64,000 nucleotides of DNA from Planctomycetota bacterium (GCA_025459175.1 JALORC010000003.1:6819-70818), one strand, 5' to 3'. Numbered from the stretch's first letter, positions 29,654-39,859 are shown. Numbers and translations are program-made. Notes: generated by a model not told the origin, from the sequence alone.

Positions 29654-31000
29654 TCAGGAGCCGACGACGACCGCCAACGCGTTGCTGGTTGCCAGCGGCA
29701 GCGCCGCCGGCAGCAGCGGATCCAGCGCCGCCCCCTGCACCCGCAAACTGAATCCGTAGAGCGCCGGGTCGCAGGGCAGCGGGAGCGTCGAACTCGCCGC
29801 GCCACTGTGAACCACCGCGACGTTGACGTCGGGCTGCACGTACGCGAGGCAGCCCGCCGGCAGGCCACCGACCGCCAGACCCGGCAGCGGCGTGACCCCG
29901 TAGAGGAACAGCGCGATCCCGTTCGGCAACCCCGTCATGCGGGTCGTGAACGAGGTGCCGATCATCGGCGAGGTCGTCGCCTGCAGCACCACCGGACCGA
30001 GGCTCGAGTTGCAGCCGGCTCCGACCGAGTTCAACGAGAAGGTCTGCGGGTTGCCGGCGTCGAGCAACCAGGTCTGGTTGGAGGTCGTGGCGCCGTCATC
30101 GCCACCGAAGACCACCACGCGCTGGTTCGCGGCGTGGTAGGCAGCCTGGAACACGCGGCGCGACGACGGCACATTGATGCCACACTCGCGGTGCCAGACG
30201 GCACCGTCCCAGGTCCACTGGCAGAGCTGGCCACCTTCGCCCATGCACAACATCGCGCGCTGCCGCCCGGGGTGCCAGATCAGACCGGCGTTGCTGTCGC
30301 CCAGCGGCCCGGCATTGCTGAGGAACGTCCAGTTGGTGCCGTTGTAGGCCCACAGGTCGCGGAAGTCGACGCCGGCCGCGTTGCCGCCGAACGCGAGCAA
30401 ACGCTGGGTGACCGGGTTGTAGCAGACCGTCATGTCGCTGCGCGCCGAGGGCTGCTGGGCCGGGAAACGTCGTGTCCAGTTGCTGCCGTTCCACTCCCAG
30501 GTCTGGTTGTCCTCGACCGAAGGCGACAAGTAGCCACCGAACAGCACGGTGACCTGCCGCACCGGGTCGTAGGCGAGCGTTGACCCGCTGCGCGGTGATG
30601 GCGAATTGGCCGGCTGGCGCTGCAGCCAGTTGCTGCCGTCGTACTCCCAGGTGTCGCCGAACGTGGAGCCCGCGATGTAGCCGCCGAACAGCACGATGCG
30701 GTTGCGCACGCTGTCGAATGCCAGCATGCAGTGGGAACGAGCCGACGGCGCGCTGGCGGTCTGGATCTGGCTCCACGCCGTGCCGCCCCATTCCCACGTC
30801 TGCGAGTTGAACAGACCGTTCGGATAGTTCCAGCCGCCGAACATGACGGTGCGTTGACGCGCGGAGTCGTAGGCCATGCCTTGCAGCGACCGCAGCCCGG
30901 GTTGGGTTCCGGTGAGCGACTGCGTCCAGGACGGCGGGGTCTGCGCGATGGCCATCGCCGCGGTCGCGGCGAGCGAGAGGAATTGAGGCAGGATGTGCAT
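29654..31000 (-). CDS. Secreted Kelch-like (AYD..R..VLFGG..TWEWDG) beta-propeller with shared C-terminal domain
   Basis: Signal MHILPQFLSLAATAAMAIAQ; about 6 repeats; ends VQGAALDP...TSNALAVVVGS. Confidence 0.88.
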   Translation of the reverse strand: MHILPQFLSLAATAAMAIAQTPPSWTQSLTGTQPGLRSLQGMAYDSARQRTVMFGGWNYPNGLFNSQTWEWGGTAWSQIQTASAPSARSHCMLAFDSVRNRIVLFGGYIAGSTFGDTWEYDGSNWLQRQPANSPSPRSGSTLAYDPVRQVTVLFGGYLSPSVEDNQTWEWNGSNWTRRFPAQQPSARSDMTVCYNPVTQRLLAFGGNAAGVDFRDLWAYNGTNWTFLSNAGPLGDSNAGLIWHPGRQRAMLCMGEGGQLCQWTWDGAVWHRECGINVPSSRRVFQAAYHAANQRVVVFGGDDGATTSNQTWLLDAGNPQTFSLNSVGAGCNSSLGPVVLQATTSPMIGTSFTTRMTGLPNGIALFLYGVTPLPGLAVGGLPAGCLAYVQPDVNVAVVHSGAASSTLPLPCDPALYGFSLRVQGAALDPLLPAALPLATSNALAVVVGS

Positions 31001-31132
31001 GGTTTGTACGGCCCACGAAGGGGCTGCGGTCAGGAGTGCCGAGGCAGCTGGCCGCGCAACAGGAATCCAGGTCTGGCGGCGGCGCGGACACCGATGCGCT
31101 CGACGTTTGCTCCGAGTGGGTAGACTGCGGCC

Positions 31133-31723
31133 GTGGACCAAGGCTCGGTTGACCCGTTCGGCCCGCTGGTGGAGGCCGCGCTCGCCGGCGAACAGCAGGC
31201 ACTGGCGCAGTTGTTCCGGCTCTGCCTGCCGGTGATCCAGGGGTGCGTCGACCGCGAGATGGGCCAGCACCTGCGCCAGCAGGAGTCCCGCGCCGACGTC
31301 GTGCAGTCCGTCTGCCGCGAAGTGCTCGAGGACTTCCGCCGCCAGATCTTCGAGTTCCGCGGCGAGGCGGAGTTCCGCGAGTGGTTGAAGCAGGCGACGT
31401 TGCACAAGGTGCAGGGGCGGGCGCGCTGGTTCTCGGCCCAGAAGCGAGACGCCGATCGGGCCGTTCCACTCGACTCCGGCATCACCGCGCAATTGGCGGA
31501 CTCGCGAACGCCCAGCCGCGCCGCCGCCGACCACGAGGAAATCGTGCGCTTCCGACAGGCGATGCAGCGCCTCGACGGCACGTCGCGCCAGGTGGTCGAG
31601 CTGGCGTGGTTCCAGCAGCTGTCCCACCGGGAGGTGGGCGAACGCCTGGGCATCACCGAGGCCCATTCGCGGGTGCTGCTGTCGCGCGCGTTGGCGCGCA
31701 TCGCGAAGCTGGCGACCGAGTGA
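31133..31723 (+). CDS. ECF sigma factor (planctomycete STK-associated type)
   Basis: ESRADVVQSVCRE, FEFRGEAEFREWL, TPSRAA, LSHREVGERLG, LLSRALARI. Confidence 0.88.
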   Translation: MDQGSVDPFGPLVEAALAGEQQALAQLFRLCLPVIQGCVDREMGQHLRQQESRADVVQSVCREVLEDFRRQIFEFRGEAEFREWLKQATLHKVQGRARWFSAQKRDADRAVPLDSGITAQLADSRTPSRAAADHEEIVRFRQAMQRLDGTSRQVVELAWFQQLSHREVGERLGITEAHSRVLLSRALARIAKLATE

Positions 31724-31830
31724 CGAGGCCGGGGCAGTTCGCCCGCGTCACTCGCCGCACGCATCCGCGCGAACCCCGACAGCGAAGGCTGCGCGGTGCG
31801 TCGCCCCGACGCCCGAACCAACCGCCCACC

Positions 31831-33585
31831 ATGCCGCTCCCTCTGCACCTCACCACGATCCTCCTGGCCACCACGGCCGTCCTCACGCCCACGGCCCTGG
31901 CGCAGTCCCTGCGCCTCGACTTCCAGGACGGGATCGGTGCGTGGAGCACCGTGCTCGACGGGGTCATGGGTGGCCTCTCGACCGGCAAGGTCAGCCAGCC
32001 GCAGCCGGGCCTGCTGCGCTTCACCGGCGAACTGTCGCTCGAGAACAACGGCGGCTTCTCGCAGATGCGCACCGCGGTGCGCGAGGGCAGCTGCACCGGC
32101 GCGCGCGGCTTCCTGATCGAGGTCAAGGGCGACGGCCGCAGCTACACGTTCGACGTGCGCGTCAGCAACGTGCGCATGATGGCCGGCTCGTTCCAACAGA
32201 AGTTCGACACCGTGGCCGGCGAGTGGACCAAGGTCGAACTGCCGCTCGACGGCTTCCGCCTCTACAGCTTCGGTCGCGAGATGCGCGATGCCCCTGCCCT
32301 CGACGCCGCCAAGATCGAGTCGATCGGCGTCACGCTCGCCGACAAGAAGGCCGGCGCGTTCGCGCTCGAAGTGCGCTCGATCGCGACCTTCGGCGCGACC
32401 GACGCGGCGACCGGCGACGAGCGTGGACTGGCGGCGGTGGCCGGCCGCGCCGGGCTGAAGAAGCTGCTCGCCTGCGTCGCGGCGAGTGGCCTCGAGCTGC
32501 CCGAGGGACCGGTGACGATCCTCGCCCCGACCGACGCCGCATTCGACGCGCTGCCGGCCGGCACCGTCGAGTCACTGCTGCGGCCGCAGAACAAGGCGAA
32601 GCTGCGCACGATCCTGCTGCAGCATGTCGTCGAGGGGCGTCTCGGTTCCGCCGAAGTGCTCAACCAGCGCGCGCTGTCGACGCTGGCGGGCCAGCAGCTC
32701 GCGGTCGACTTCGCGCTGCAGCGCGTCGGCGGGGCGAGCTTCGTCGCCACCGACGTGCCGTTCGAAGGTGGCATCGTGCACGTGATCGACAAGGTGCTGC
32801 TGCCGGAGAGCCGTTCGATCGCCGAGCTGGCGGTCGCCAGCGACCAGCTGAAGACCCTGGTCACCGCGGTGAAGGCGGCGGGCCTGGTCGACCAGCTCGG
32901 GCCCGACAACGGTCCGTGGACGGTGTTCGCGCCGGTCGACAGCGCGTTCGCGAAGCTGCCGAAGGCCACGCTCGAGGGACTGCTGCAGCCGGCGAACCGC
33001 GCGGCGCTGACCCAGATCCTCGGCCTGCACGTCGTGCCCGGACGCATCGCCGCGCGCGAGCTGCTGCAGAAGCAGAAGCTGACGACGCTGATGGGCGCAC
33101 CGATCGAAGCGCGCCTGGTCGGCGGCAAGCTGACGATCGGCGGTGCGGGCTTCGTCGCCACCGATCTGCAGGCCGGCAACGGCGTCATCCACCTGATCGA
33201 CACGGTGATCACGGAGCCGGCCGGCGGCGGCTCGGCCGGGGCGACCGGTCGCGAACGCGCGGTCGCGAGCGCCGCGGACGTCTCGGTGCTGCCCGGGCTG
33301 CGCGCGATCTACGAGCTGGCGATCGACCGCGGCATTCCGCTGTTCAATCGCGGCGAGGTCGAGGGCTGTGCAGCGGTCTACGAGGTGGCAGTGCAGAGCG
33401 CGCTGCAGCTGACCCGCGGGCGCGTGGCGCCGGAGCTGCTCGCCGAACTCGAGGGCGCCGCGAAGAAGGCCGCGGCGATCGAGGATGCGCGCGCTCGGGC
33501 CTGGGCGTATCGCCGCGCGATGGATCAGGCCTACCAGGCGGCCGAGCAGCTGGTCGCGGCCAGGGTTCGCGGCGGCAAGCAGTAG
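31831..33585 (+). CDS. Secreted CIA30 + tandem fasciclin (FAS1) domain protein
   Basis: WSTVLDGVMGGLS, LSLENNGGF, VKGDGRSY (CIA30); two TI/VFAPxDxAF...HVID repeats (FAS1); helical C-terminal domain AIDRGIPLFNRG. Confidence 0.9.
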   Translation: MPLPLHLTTILLATTAVLTPTALAQSLRLDFQDGIGAWSTVLDGVMGGLSTGKVSQPQPGLLRFTGELSLENNGGFSQMRTAVREGSCTGARGFLIEVKGDGRSYTFDVRVSNVRMMAGSFQQKFDTVAGEWTKVELPLDGFRLYSFGREMRDAPALDAAKIESIGVTLADKKAGAFALEVRSIATFGATDAATGDERGLAAVAGRAGLKKLLACVAASGLELPEGPVTILAPTDAAFDALPAGTVESLLRPQNKAKLRTILLQHVVEGRLGSAEVLNQRALSTLAGQQLAVDFALQRVGGASFVATDVPFEGGIVHVIDKVLLPESRSIAELAVASDQLKTLVTAVKAAGLVDQLGPDNGPWTVFAPVDSAFAKLPKATLEGLLQPANRAALTQILGLHVVPGRIAARELLQKQKLTTLMGAPIEARLVGGKLTIGGAGFVATDLQAGNGVIHLIDTVITEPAGGGSAGATGRERAVASAADVSVLPGLRAIYELAIDRGIPLFNRGEVEGCAAVYEVAVQSALQLTRGRVAPELLAELEGAAKKAAAIEDARARAWAYRRAMDQAYQAAEQLVAARVRGGKQ

Positions 33586-33608
33586 CTGCGGATTGGCGCG
33601 AGGGCCGA

Positions 33609-33631
33609 TGGTGCCACCGAAGGAACTCGAA
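33609..33631 (-). other. Possible 3'-tRNA fragment (att-like scar)
   Basis: Reverse complement TTCGAGT-TCCTT-CGGTGGC-A-CCA has T-loop/T-stem/acceptor/discriminator/CCA spacing, but no pairing 5' half; lies at the left edge of the accessory region. Confidence 0.3.
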
Positions 33632-33825
33632 CTGGCGCCAGCGGAGTTCGACCTGCTGTCGAGCGCGTGCAGGCGGGTGAAGAGGTCGCGTCCTGTCGCG
33701 AACTCGGCGAGGGCGCGGGGCTCGGCGAACTGGTCTACGCAGTTGTCCTGACCCACTGCGCGGTCACGGCGACTGCGCGCGGCCGTCGCTTGCCCATCGG
33801 CAACTCACGATCAGCGCTTCCCGCG

Positions 33826-36363
33826 TCACTTGCCGGACTTCTCGCCCTTGTTGGCTTCATCGAATGCGTAGACACACAGATCGACGAACGAGACCTTGTT
33901 CTCCTGGGCGATCGCGAACAGCCGGCGAAAACTCTCCTCGACCTCGACGGGGAACTTGCCACCGCGGTACTCCTCGACCCAACGGATCTGGTCCTGGATC
34001 AGGCGCAAGGCGCGTTTGCCGTCTTGAACGTAGATGAAGAAGGGATGCTTCTTGCCGGAGAAGTCGACCGGCACCGTCCACCTCCTCATGGGCCGCTTCT
34101 CGAAAGCCCCCCGGTCGCCCTCTTCGACGTCGGGAGGAGCGACACCGCGGGGGGACAGGACTTTGTACTTCGCGAGAAGTTCCTCTTTGCCGTCGATCCA
34201 CAGGATCTCGCGCCAGCCTCGCCGCAGGAGTTCTTGCTGTCGGGTCCCAGCGCCGACTGCACGACAGGCCTCGGCGACGTCGAAGAACGTCGCCTGCAGG
34301 TTGCTGCGCACATACCACTCCCAGGGGCGCAACTCGAGGACCGATTCGGCCGCTGCCACGATGTCGTCGAGCAGACGGAACGCCTCCGCTTGTCGATCGA
34401 GGCGCACCATGGCCATGACGCCGAAGTTCGCGTGGGAGACGAGCGATTCGATTTCGCCATCGATACAGCTCCTCACATCGATGCCCCCGAACGCATCCCG
34501 CCACAAACCTGCCACGCGCCGGTAGTCGCCATCGGCGATCCACGCCTTGACCACATCGACGGTCAAGTTCGTGAAGGTCGCCAGGTGATCCCTCCGGGCG
34601 AGCAGCCCCTCGCGTCGATACGTCGCGATCAGGCGATCGAGCATGCGAACGTACAGGGACTTTGCTTGGCGGGCTTGGTCGGTGTTCAGCTGGTCGGATG
34701 CCAGACGGACCTGTTCGTGATCGAGCAGGGTCAGCACCCCGACCATCGGCATGCCCTCGATCTCCTGAGCCGTCTCGGCGAGGACCGCGAGCGCCGCAGG
34801 GCGCTCGGCATCCGGGCCGACGGCAGCCGTCAACTGGCTCGCCAGGGTTGGCGCCATCCGCTGTGCCTTGGCTCGCCAATCGCCGGCATCGGCGGCACGG
34901 CGCAGCCACTGCTCGGCGAGCGCAGCGTCCGGTTTGGCTCCCGTACCGGTGTCGGCATGGAACGACGCCAGCCGCCGCATCGCGCGCGTGCTGCCGAGCG
35001 CCGCCGCACGCTCATAGAGTCCCATGGCACGGGGCCGGTCGACCGCGAAGCCGTTCTGCCCCCAACGGTAGCTGTCGGCAAGGTTCGTCATCGCCAATGG
35101 CGCGCCGGCATCCGCAGCTTGCTGCACCAAGCGGGTGTAGCGCGCCATGTCGACGGGAGTGCCGGTGCCCGACAGGTAGTTGATGGCCAGCGTATTGAGC
35201 GCGTGCGGGTCGTTGCTCGCGGCAGACTTGGCGATCCAGCGGTGACCTGCAACGGGGTCCTTCTCGACACCAAGGCCCTCCATCAAGCAGCGCCCCACGA
35301 ATCCCTGTGCGCGAAGGTTGCCGAGCTGCGCGAACCGCATCCAGGCCTCGTAGCGGCCCGGAGCCCGGGAATCGTAGAACGGCGTCGTATCGCCGAGAGT
35401 CACGTGGCGCAGCCATTCGCGGATGTCGTCTTCGAGGGACTCGTCAGTGGGCTGAGCCGGCTGCCCAGGTTCGGTGGCAGTGAGTTGGCGCAACGGCAGG
35501 TCCGTGCTCGAGCCATTCCAGAACAGGTGTGGTTGCTGCCGAACGTGCCCGTACTTGATGCTCAGTTCGGCGAGACCGTCGGTCGTGTAGTCGGCGACCT
35601 CGCGAAACGTGACGATTCGGTCCGTGCGTGCTCGGCGCCCCGTGTCAGCCTCGCCGCGCAACCCGCGCAGCAGGTAGTGGGTGAACAGCCCGTTCTCGAT
35701 CGTGTTGCCCGACTCGTCCTGCATTCCCGAATCCGGTTCGTACGACAGGGTGCCTGCCCAGGTCGAGAACAGCATGATCGATCCGCGCGCCTCCGCGTAG
35801 CGAGCGAGTGACGGACCGGTGTCGTCCGCCGACTTGTCGTTCCGCTTGCGGCACATGTCGATGATGAGCACCGACTGCTTGCAACCGGTGTCCTGGAAGC
35901 GATCGCGGACGGCATCGAGGTCCAGCGCAGTGCTAGGCAGCTGCTTGCGGTCGGCGCCGAACGGGCACAGGAACACACGCCCGTCGGCGAGCTCGAAGCC
36001 GTGGCCGGAGAAGAAGAAGAACAGCACCGTGTCCGGGTCGGCGAGGCGGCACAGGTTCTCCACCTGGTTGAGAATCGCCCCGCTGCTCAGCGGCTTGGTT
36101 TCGCCGACCGCGCCACCGACGCGCATGCGCACCACGGAGAATCCGATCTGCTCCAGTTCGCGGCCTACGTCATCGGCGTCACGTTCGGCGCAACGCAGCG
36201 GGGACAGGGTCTCGTAGTCGTTGCAGCCGACCACCAGCGCGAGCCGGCGCTCGGTGCGCTCCCCCGGGCCGGATGGTCGCACGGCGACGTCGCGCCCGAC
36301 CTGGGCGAACAGTGAGGCCGTGAGCAGGAGCAGGGACGAGAACAGTCGGAATGGGACGAGCAT
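33826..36363 (-). CDS. Secreted caspase-family (C14) peptidase with Sel1 repeats and DUF2610-like C-terminal domain
   Basis: Signal peptide; RLALVVGCNDY, FFFSGHG (His), IIDMCR (Cys), NGLFTHYLLRGLRGEAD; Sel1 repeats; C-terminal WTVPVDFSGKKHPFFIYV...RGGKFP...ENKVSFVDLCVYA. Confidence 0.85.
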   Translation of the reverse strand: MLVPFRLFSSLLLLTASLFAQVGRDVAVRPSGPGERTERRLALVVGCNDYETLSPLRCAERDADDVGRELEQIGFSVVRMRVGGAVGETKPLSSGAILNQVENLCRLADPDTVLFFFFSGHGFELADGRVFLCPFGADRKQLPSTALDLDAVRDRFQDTGCKQSVLIIDMCRKRNDKSADDTGPSLARYAEARGSIMLFSTWAGTLSYEPDSGMQDESGNTIENGLFTHYLLRGLRGEADTGRRARTDRIVTFREVADYTTDGLAELSIKYGHVRQQPHLFWNGSSTDLPLRQLTATEPGQPAQPTDESLEDDIREWLRHVTLGDTTPFYDSRAPGRYEAWMRFAQLGNLRAQGFVGRCLMEGLGVEKDPVAGHRWIAKSAASNDPHALNTLAINYLSGTGTPVDMARYTRLVQQAADAGAPLAMTNLADSYRWGQNGFAVDRPRAMGLYERAAALGSTRAMRRLASFHADTGTGAKPDAALAEQWLRRAADAGDWRAKAQRMAPTLASQLTAAVGPDAERPAALAVLAETAQEIEGMPMVGVLTLLDHEQVRLASDQLNTDQARQAKSLYVRMLDRLIATYRREGLLARRDHLATFTNLTVDVVKAWIADGDYRRVAGLWRDAFGGIDVRSCIDGEIESLVSHANFGVMAMVRLDRQAEAFRLLDDIVAAAESVLELRPWEWYVRSNLQATFFDVAEACRAVGAGTRQQELLRRGWREILWIDGKEELLAKYKVLSPRGVAPPDVEEGDRGAFEKRPMRRWTVPVDFSGKKHPFFIYVQDGKRALRLIQDQIRWVEEYRGGKFPVEVEESFRRLFAIAQENKVSFVDLCVYAFDEANKGEKSGK

Positions 36364-36654
36364 GGGCCGATTGCGGGCGGGACCACATCACACGCAGCAA
36401 GGCAGTCGCCCGTCGTGTGAAGGGGACAGGGCGATCACCACCACCCTGCGGACCGGCTCGTACCCAGCGGGCGGAGCGGATCCGTTTTCATCCCCACCAA
36501 GGCGTCGGCTTCTGCTCGTGCGCCCGCCCCCACCCACACCAGCTGGTTCACGATCGCTTTCGCGGCCTGCTCGCGGTCGACCGGCACCTGAGTCCAGGGG
36601 CGCCAACTTCGCAAAATCCTGCAACGCGGCCGCCCGCACGATCCAGTATCGGCG

Positions 36655-39600
36655 ATGTTCGATCGGCCGACCCGACTGTTCCTGCGCTGGCGTGATCGCG
36701 GCGATGCCGCGGCGCTGGCCGAACTGTTCGATCGCACCGCCCCGGAGCTGCTGCGCCTGGCCGTGCACCTGTGCCGGCACGCGGTCGACGCGGAGGACGT
36801 GCTGCAGGCGACGTTCCTGGCGGCGATCGAGAGTGCGCAGCGCTTCGAACGCGGCCAGCGCGTGATGCCGTGGCTGACCGGGATCCTGACGCACCGAGCG
36901 CTGGCGGAGCATCGGCGGCGGCAGCGGCTGCCGGTGGCGGCGGCCGACGGGGAGCGTGCGGGCGGCGGCGCGGAGCCGTTCCAGCATGCGCAATCGAGCG
37001 AACTGCACGCGAGCACGCGCGCGGCGATCGATCGCCTGCGCGAGCCGTATCGCCAGCCCACCATGCTGCGCCTCGTGCACGGCATGGAACCGGCCGAGAT
37101 CGCGTTGCTGCTGCAGCGCAGCCCCGGCACCGTGCGGGCGCAACTGCATCGCGGGCTCGAACAGCTGCGGCGTCTGCTGCCGGCCGGCATCGCGACGTCG
37201 CTGGCGGTCGGCGCGTTCGCGGGCCGTGGAATGGCGGCCGTGAAGCAGGCCGTGCTCGCCGCGTCGCACACGCACGTGGTCGCAGCGAGTGTGGTCACCA
37301 CCTCCGGATTCATCGCGGGAATGCTCATGGGGAAGAAGATCGTCGTCGGTGCAGGTGTGTTGCTCGCGTGGCTCGGCTGGTTCGCATGGGCCGCCGCGTG
37401 GCCTGACGAAACCGATGCGGAACCCGTGGCATTGGTCACGGCGAGCACGCCGGAGGTCACGCAGAGCGAGGTGGCGACCGCGGCGCCGACGTCCACCGTG
37501 ACGCTGCCCGCGCCCGAACGCACGGACTCGACCCCGTCGCACGCGGGCACGCCGTGGCCGCTGCGCGGGCAGGTCGTCGATGGCGCGACCGGCGCGCCGA
37601 TCGCGGGCGCAATCGTGTCGTTGACGGGGCCGCGGCGGCTGACGCTGCTCGACGTGCAGCGCGAACTCGGCGCCGCTGCCCCACCGCAGGCCGACGGTGT
37701 GCCGGTGGGTTGCGGCGCGCCATGGCGGACACTTCGTCCACCTCCTGCCGTGCTCAGTGGCGATGTGCCGCACGACTTCCTGCTGCCGCCGACCGCGTCG
37801 ATGCCGCGGCTCGCCACGACCACGACCGATGCCGCCGGGAGGTTCGATCTCGCCGTGCCCCCGACCGGTGGCATGGTGCGCGTCGAGCAGGCTGGCTACG
37901 GGGTCCGCTACGAGTCGATCGCCGAGGCACCCCAGCACCCGGTGCGGATCGAACTGTGCAAGCTGCGCACGGTGCGCGGACACGTGCGCACCGACGACGG
38001 CACGCCGCTGCCGCACCCCGTGCAACTGGTGCTGCGCGCGATCGAGGGCGTGTGGTTCGCCACCACCGATCCCACGGGCCGCTTCACGGTCGACGTCGCG
38101 GCGCCGCAGCTGAGCACCGAGAGCCACACTCACGGTCTGGTCGTGGTCGGTGGCGAGCTGCTGCGCAGCTTCGACGGCGAGGAGGAGCTCGTGCTGACGC
38201 GCTTCGGCGGCCCGCGCCTGCACGTCGTCGATGCAGCCACCCAGCGCCCGATCGAAATCGTCCGGCTGGTGTCGTGGGACACCGCAGGGTACCCCCAGCG
38301 GGCGGCCGCGTTGTTCGCGCCGAACGGCTATGTGTGGCTGCATTCGCCAGAGGGCCTGTCGGCAGGGTTGCACCCGCGGCCGAACGAGCGGCGCGACCCA
38401 CTCGTGCCGCGGCTCGTCGTCTGGAGCGATGGCTATGGCAGCGAGGAACTGCGCGACCTGCCGATGCCGGGCAAGGACCCTGCGACCATCGAGGTGCGAC
38501 TGCATCGAGGCGCGGTGGCCGCGCTGCGCGGAACGATCTCGCGCGCGGGCACCCCGCTGTCGGGTGTGACCACGCTGCTGCGCCCGGCGGCGCGCCTGCA
38601 ATGGGGCGACCACGAATGGAAGACGATCGCGGCAGCCACGACGGACGAGCACGGCCGATTCGAACTGACGGCACCCGCTGGCGACCACCTGTTCGAAGCC
38701 CGCGATGCGAGCGGTCTGCGCATCCAGCAGCAAGTCACGGTCCCATCAGCGGCGTTGGTGCTCGACATCGAAGACGGCGCGTTCCTCGAGGTGCAGTTGA
38801 CCGACGCGGCGGGTTCACCAGCCGTCGGCCACCTGGTCGCCGCCCAAGGCGCCACGGGACAGCAGCACAGCGCGAAGACGGATGCCGTCGGCAACGCCAG
38901 GATCGGGCCCTATCAGCCCGGCCCGGTGACGATGTTCGCGGAACGGGTGGCGGGTCGTTGGGAGGACCGCCTCACCGAAGATCTCACGCTCGGCAGAGGG
39001 GAGCGTCGGACGGTTCCACTTCGCATCACACCACCACCCCGCCTTCGCGTGCGCATCGCCTTCGACGGCGACGCGCCGCCGGAAGGCCTCGCAGGCTTCC
39101 GCGCCACTTGGTACGGGCAGTATGAGCCGTCACCGGTCGCGCCGGACGGCACCGTCGAGGCACAAGCACCACCCGACACGGAAGTCGCCATCCTCGGCCC
39201 TGGGTCGAGGACGTGGACGCGAACGATCCCGGCCGATGCTGTCGGCGAACACACGCTGCGGCTGCAGTGGCGCGGGCTCGCGTACTTCGGCACTCTGCAG
39301 GACCTGGATGGGAACGCGTTGCCGGGAGTCTCCGTGCGCGCTTACCCGATCGGGCTCAGCGGGGGGACGCAAGTCGTCACGCAGCGGGACGGTTCGTTCC
39401 GGCTCGACGGTCTGCTGCCGGTGCGCCACCGCATCAGCTTCGGGGATCAACCGCCGCATGAGGGCAAGAGCTTCCTGACTGCCGAGCCCCCGACTGCTTC
39501 GGGCGTCGAACTGGCACTACGCATCCCACTCGGCAACGAACCGTCGCAAGGTTCGCGGCTGCTGACCGGCACCGTGGCGGATGCGAACGGGCCGATCGCT

Positions 39601-39834
39601 GGCGTGCAGTACATCATCGAATCGCTCTACCCGCAGTCCGCCGGCGTGCTCGCCGTGCTTGCCGCAGAAGGGGTCCAGCGTACGGGGCACGACGGCGCCC
39701 TCCGGGGCAACGTCGCCGCGGCGCCGCGCCATCGTCTGCGGGTGTGGCCCGGGGCCGGCAAGCCCGCACTCGAGGAGGAGTTCACGTTGCCGGCGGGCAC
39801 CGACGCGGTAGTGCGCGACTTCGTGCTGCGCTGA
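36655..39834 (+). CDS. ECF sigma factor fused via TM to extracytoplasmic carboxypeptidase-regulatory-like domains
   Basis: DAEDVLQATF, PWLTGIL, PGTVRAQLHRG; TM near aa 225; repeated LRGQVVD..G.PI.GA / TTD..GRF beta-sandwich motifs. Confidence 0.88.
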   Translation: MFDRPTRLFLRWRDRGDAAALAELFDRTAPELLRLAVHLCRHAVDAEDVLQATFLAAIESAQRFERGQRVMPWLTGILTHRALAEHRRRQRLPVAAADGERAGGGAEPFQHAQSSELHASTRAAIDRLREPYRQPTMLRLVHGMEPAEIALLLQRSPGTVRAQLHRGLEQLRRLLPAGIATSLAVGAFAGRGMAAVKQAVLAASHTHVVAASVVTTSGFIAGMLMGKKIVVGAGVLLAWLGWFAWAAAWPDETDAEPVALVTASTPEVTQSEVATAAPTSTVTLPAPERTDSTPSHAGTPWPLRGQVVDGATGAPIAGAIVSLTGPRRLTLLDVQRELGAAAPPQADGVPVGCGAPWRTLRPPPAVLSGDVPHDFLLPPTASMPRLATTTTDAAGRFDLAVPPTGGMVRVEQAGYGVRYESIAEAPQHPVRIELCKLRTVRGHVRTDDGTPLPHPVQLVLRAIEGVWFATTDPTGRFTVDVAAPQLSTESHTHGLVVVGGELLRSFDGEEELVLTRFGGPRLHVVDAATQRPIEIVRLVSWDTAGYPQRAAALFAPNGYVWLHSPEGLSAGLHPRPNERRDPLVPRLVVWSDGYGSEELRDLPMPGKDPATIEVRLHRGAVAALRGTISRAGTPLSGVTTLLRPAARLQWGDHEWKTIAAATTDEHGRFELTAPAGDHLFEARDASGLRIQQQVTVPSAALVLDIEDGAFLEVQLTDAAGSPAVGHLVAAQGATGQQHSAKTDAVGNARIGPYQPGPVTMFAERVAGRWEDRLTEDLTLGRGERRTVPLRITPPPRLRVRIAFDGDAPPEGLAGFRATWYGQYEPSPVAPDGTVEAQAPPDTEVAILGPGSRTWTRTIPADAVGEHTLRLQWRGLAYFGTLQDLDGNALPGVSVRAYPIGLSGGTQVVTQRDGSFRLDGLLPVRHRISFGDQPPHEGKSFLTAEPPTASGVELALRIPLGNEPSQGSRLLTGTVADANGPIAGVQYIIESLYPQSAGVLAVLAAEGVQRTGHDGALRGNVAAAPRHRLRVWPGAGKPALEEEFTLPAGTDAVVRDFVLR

Positions 39835-39859
39835 CCGAACACGTCGCGCTCGGACGCCC

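Noticed and set aside
36420-36445. GGTGGTGATCGCC shared (inverted) with 49041-49053
   Set aside because: Only two copies of a GC-rich 13-mer with weak flanking similarity; could be chance.
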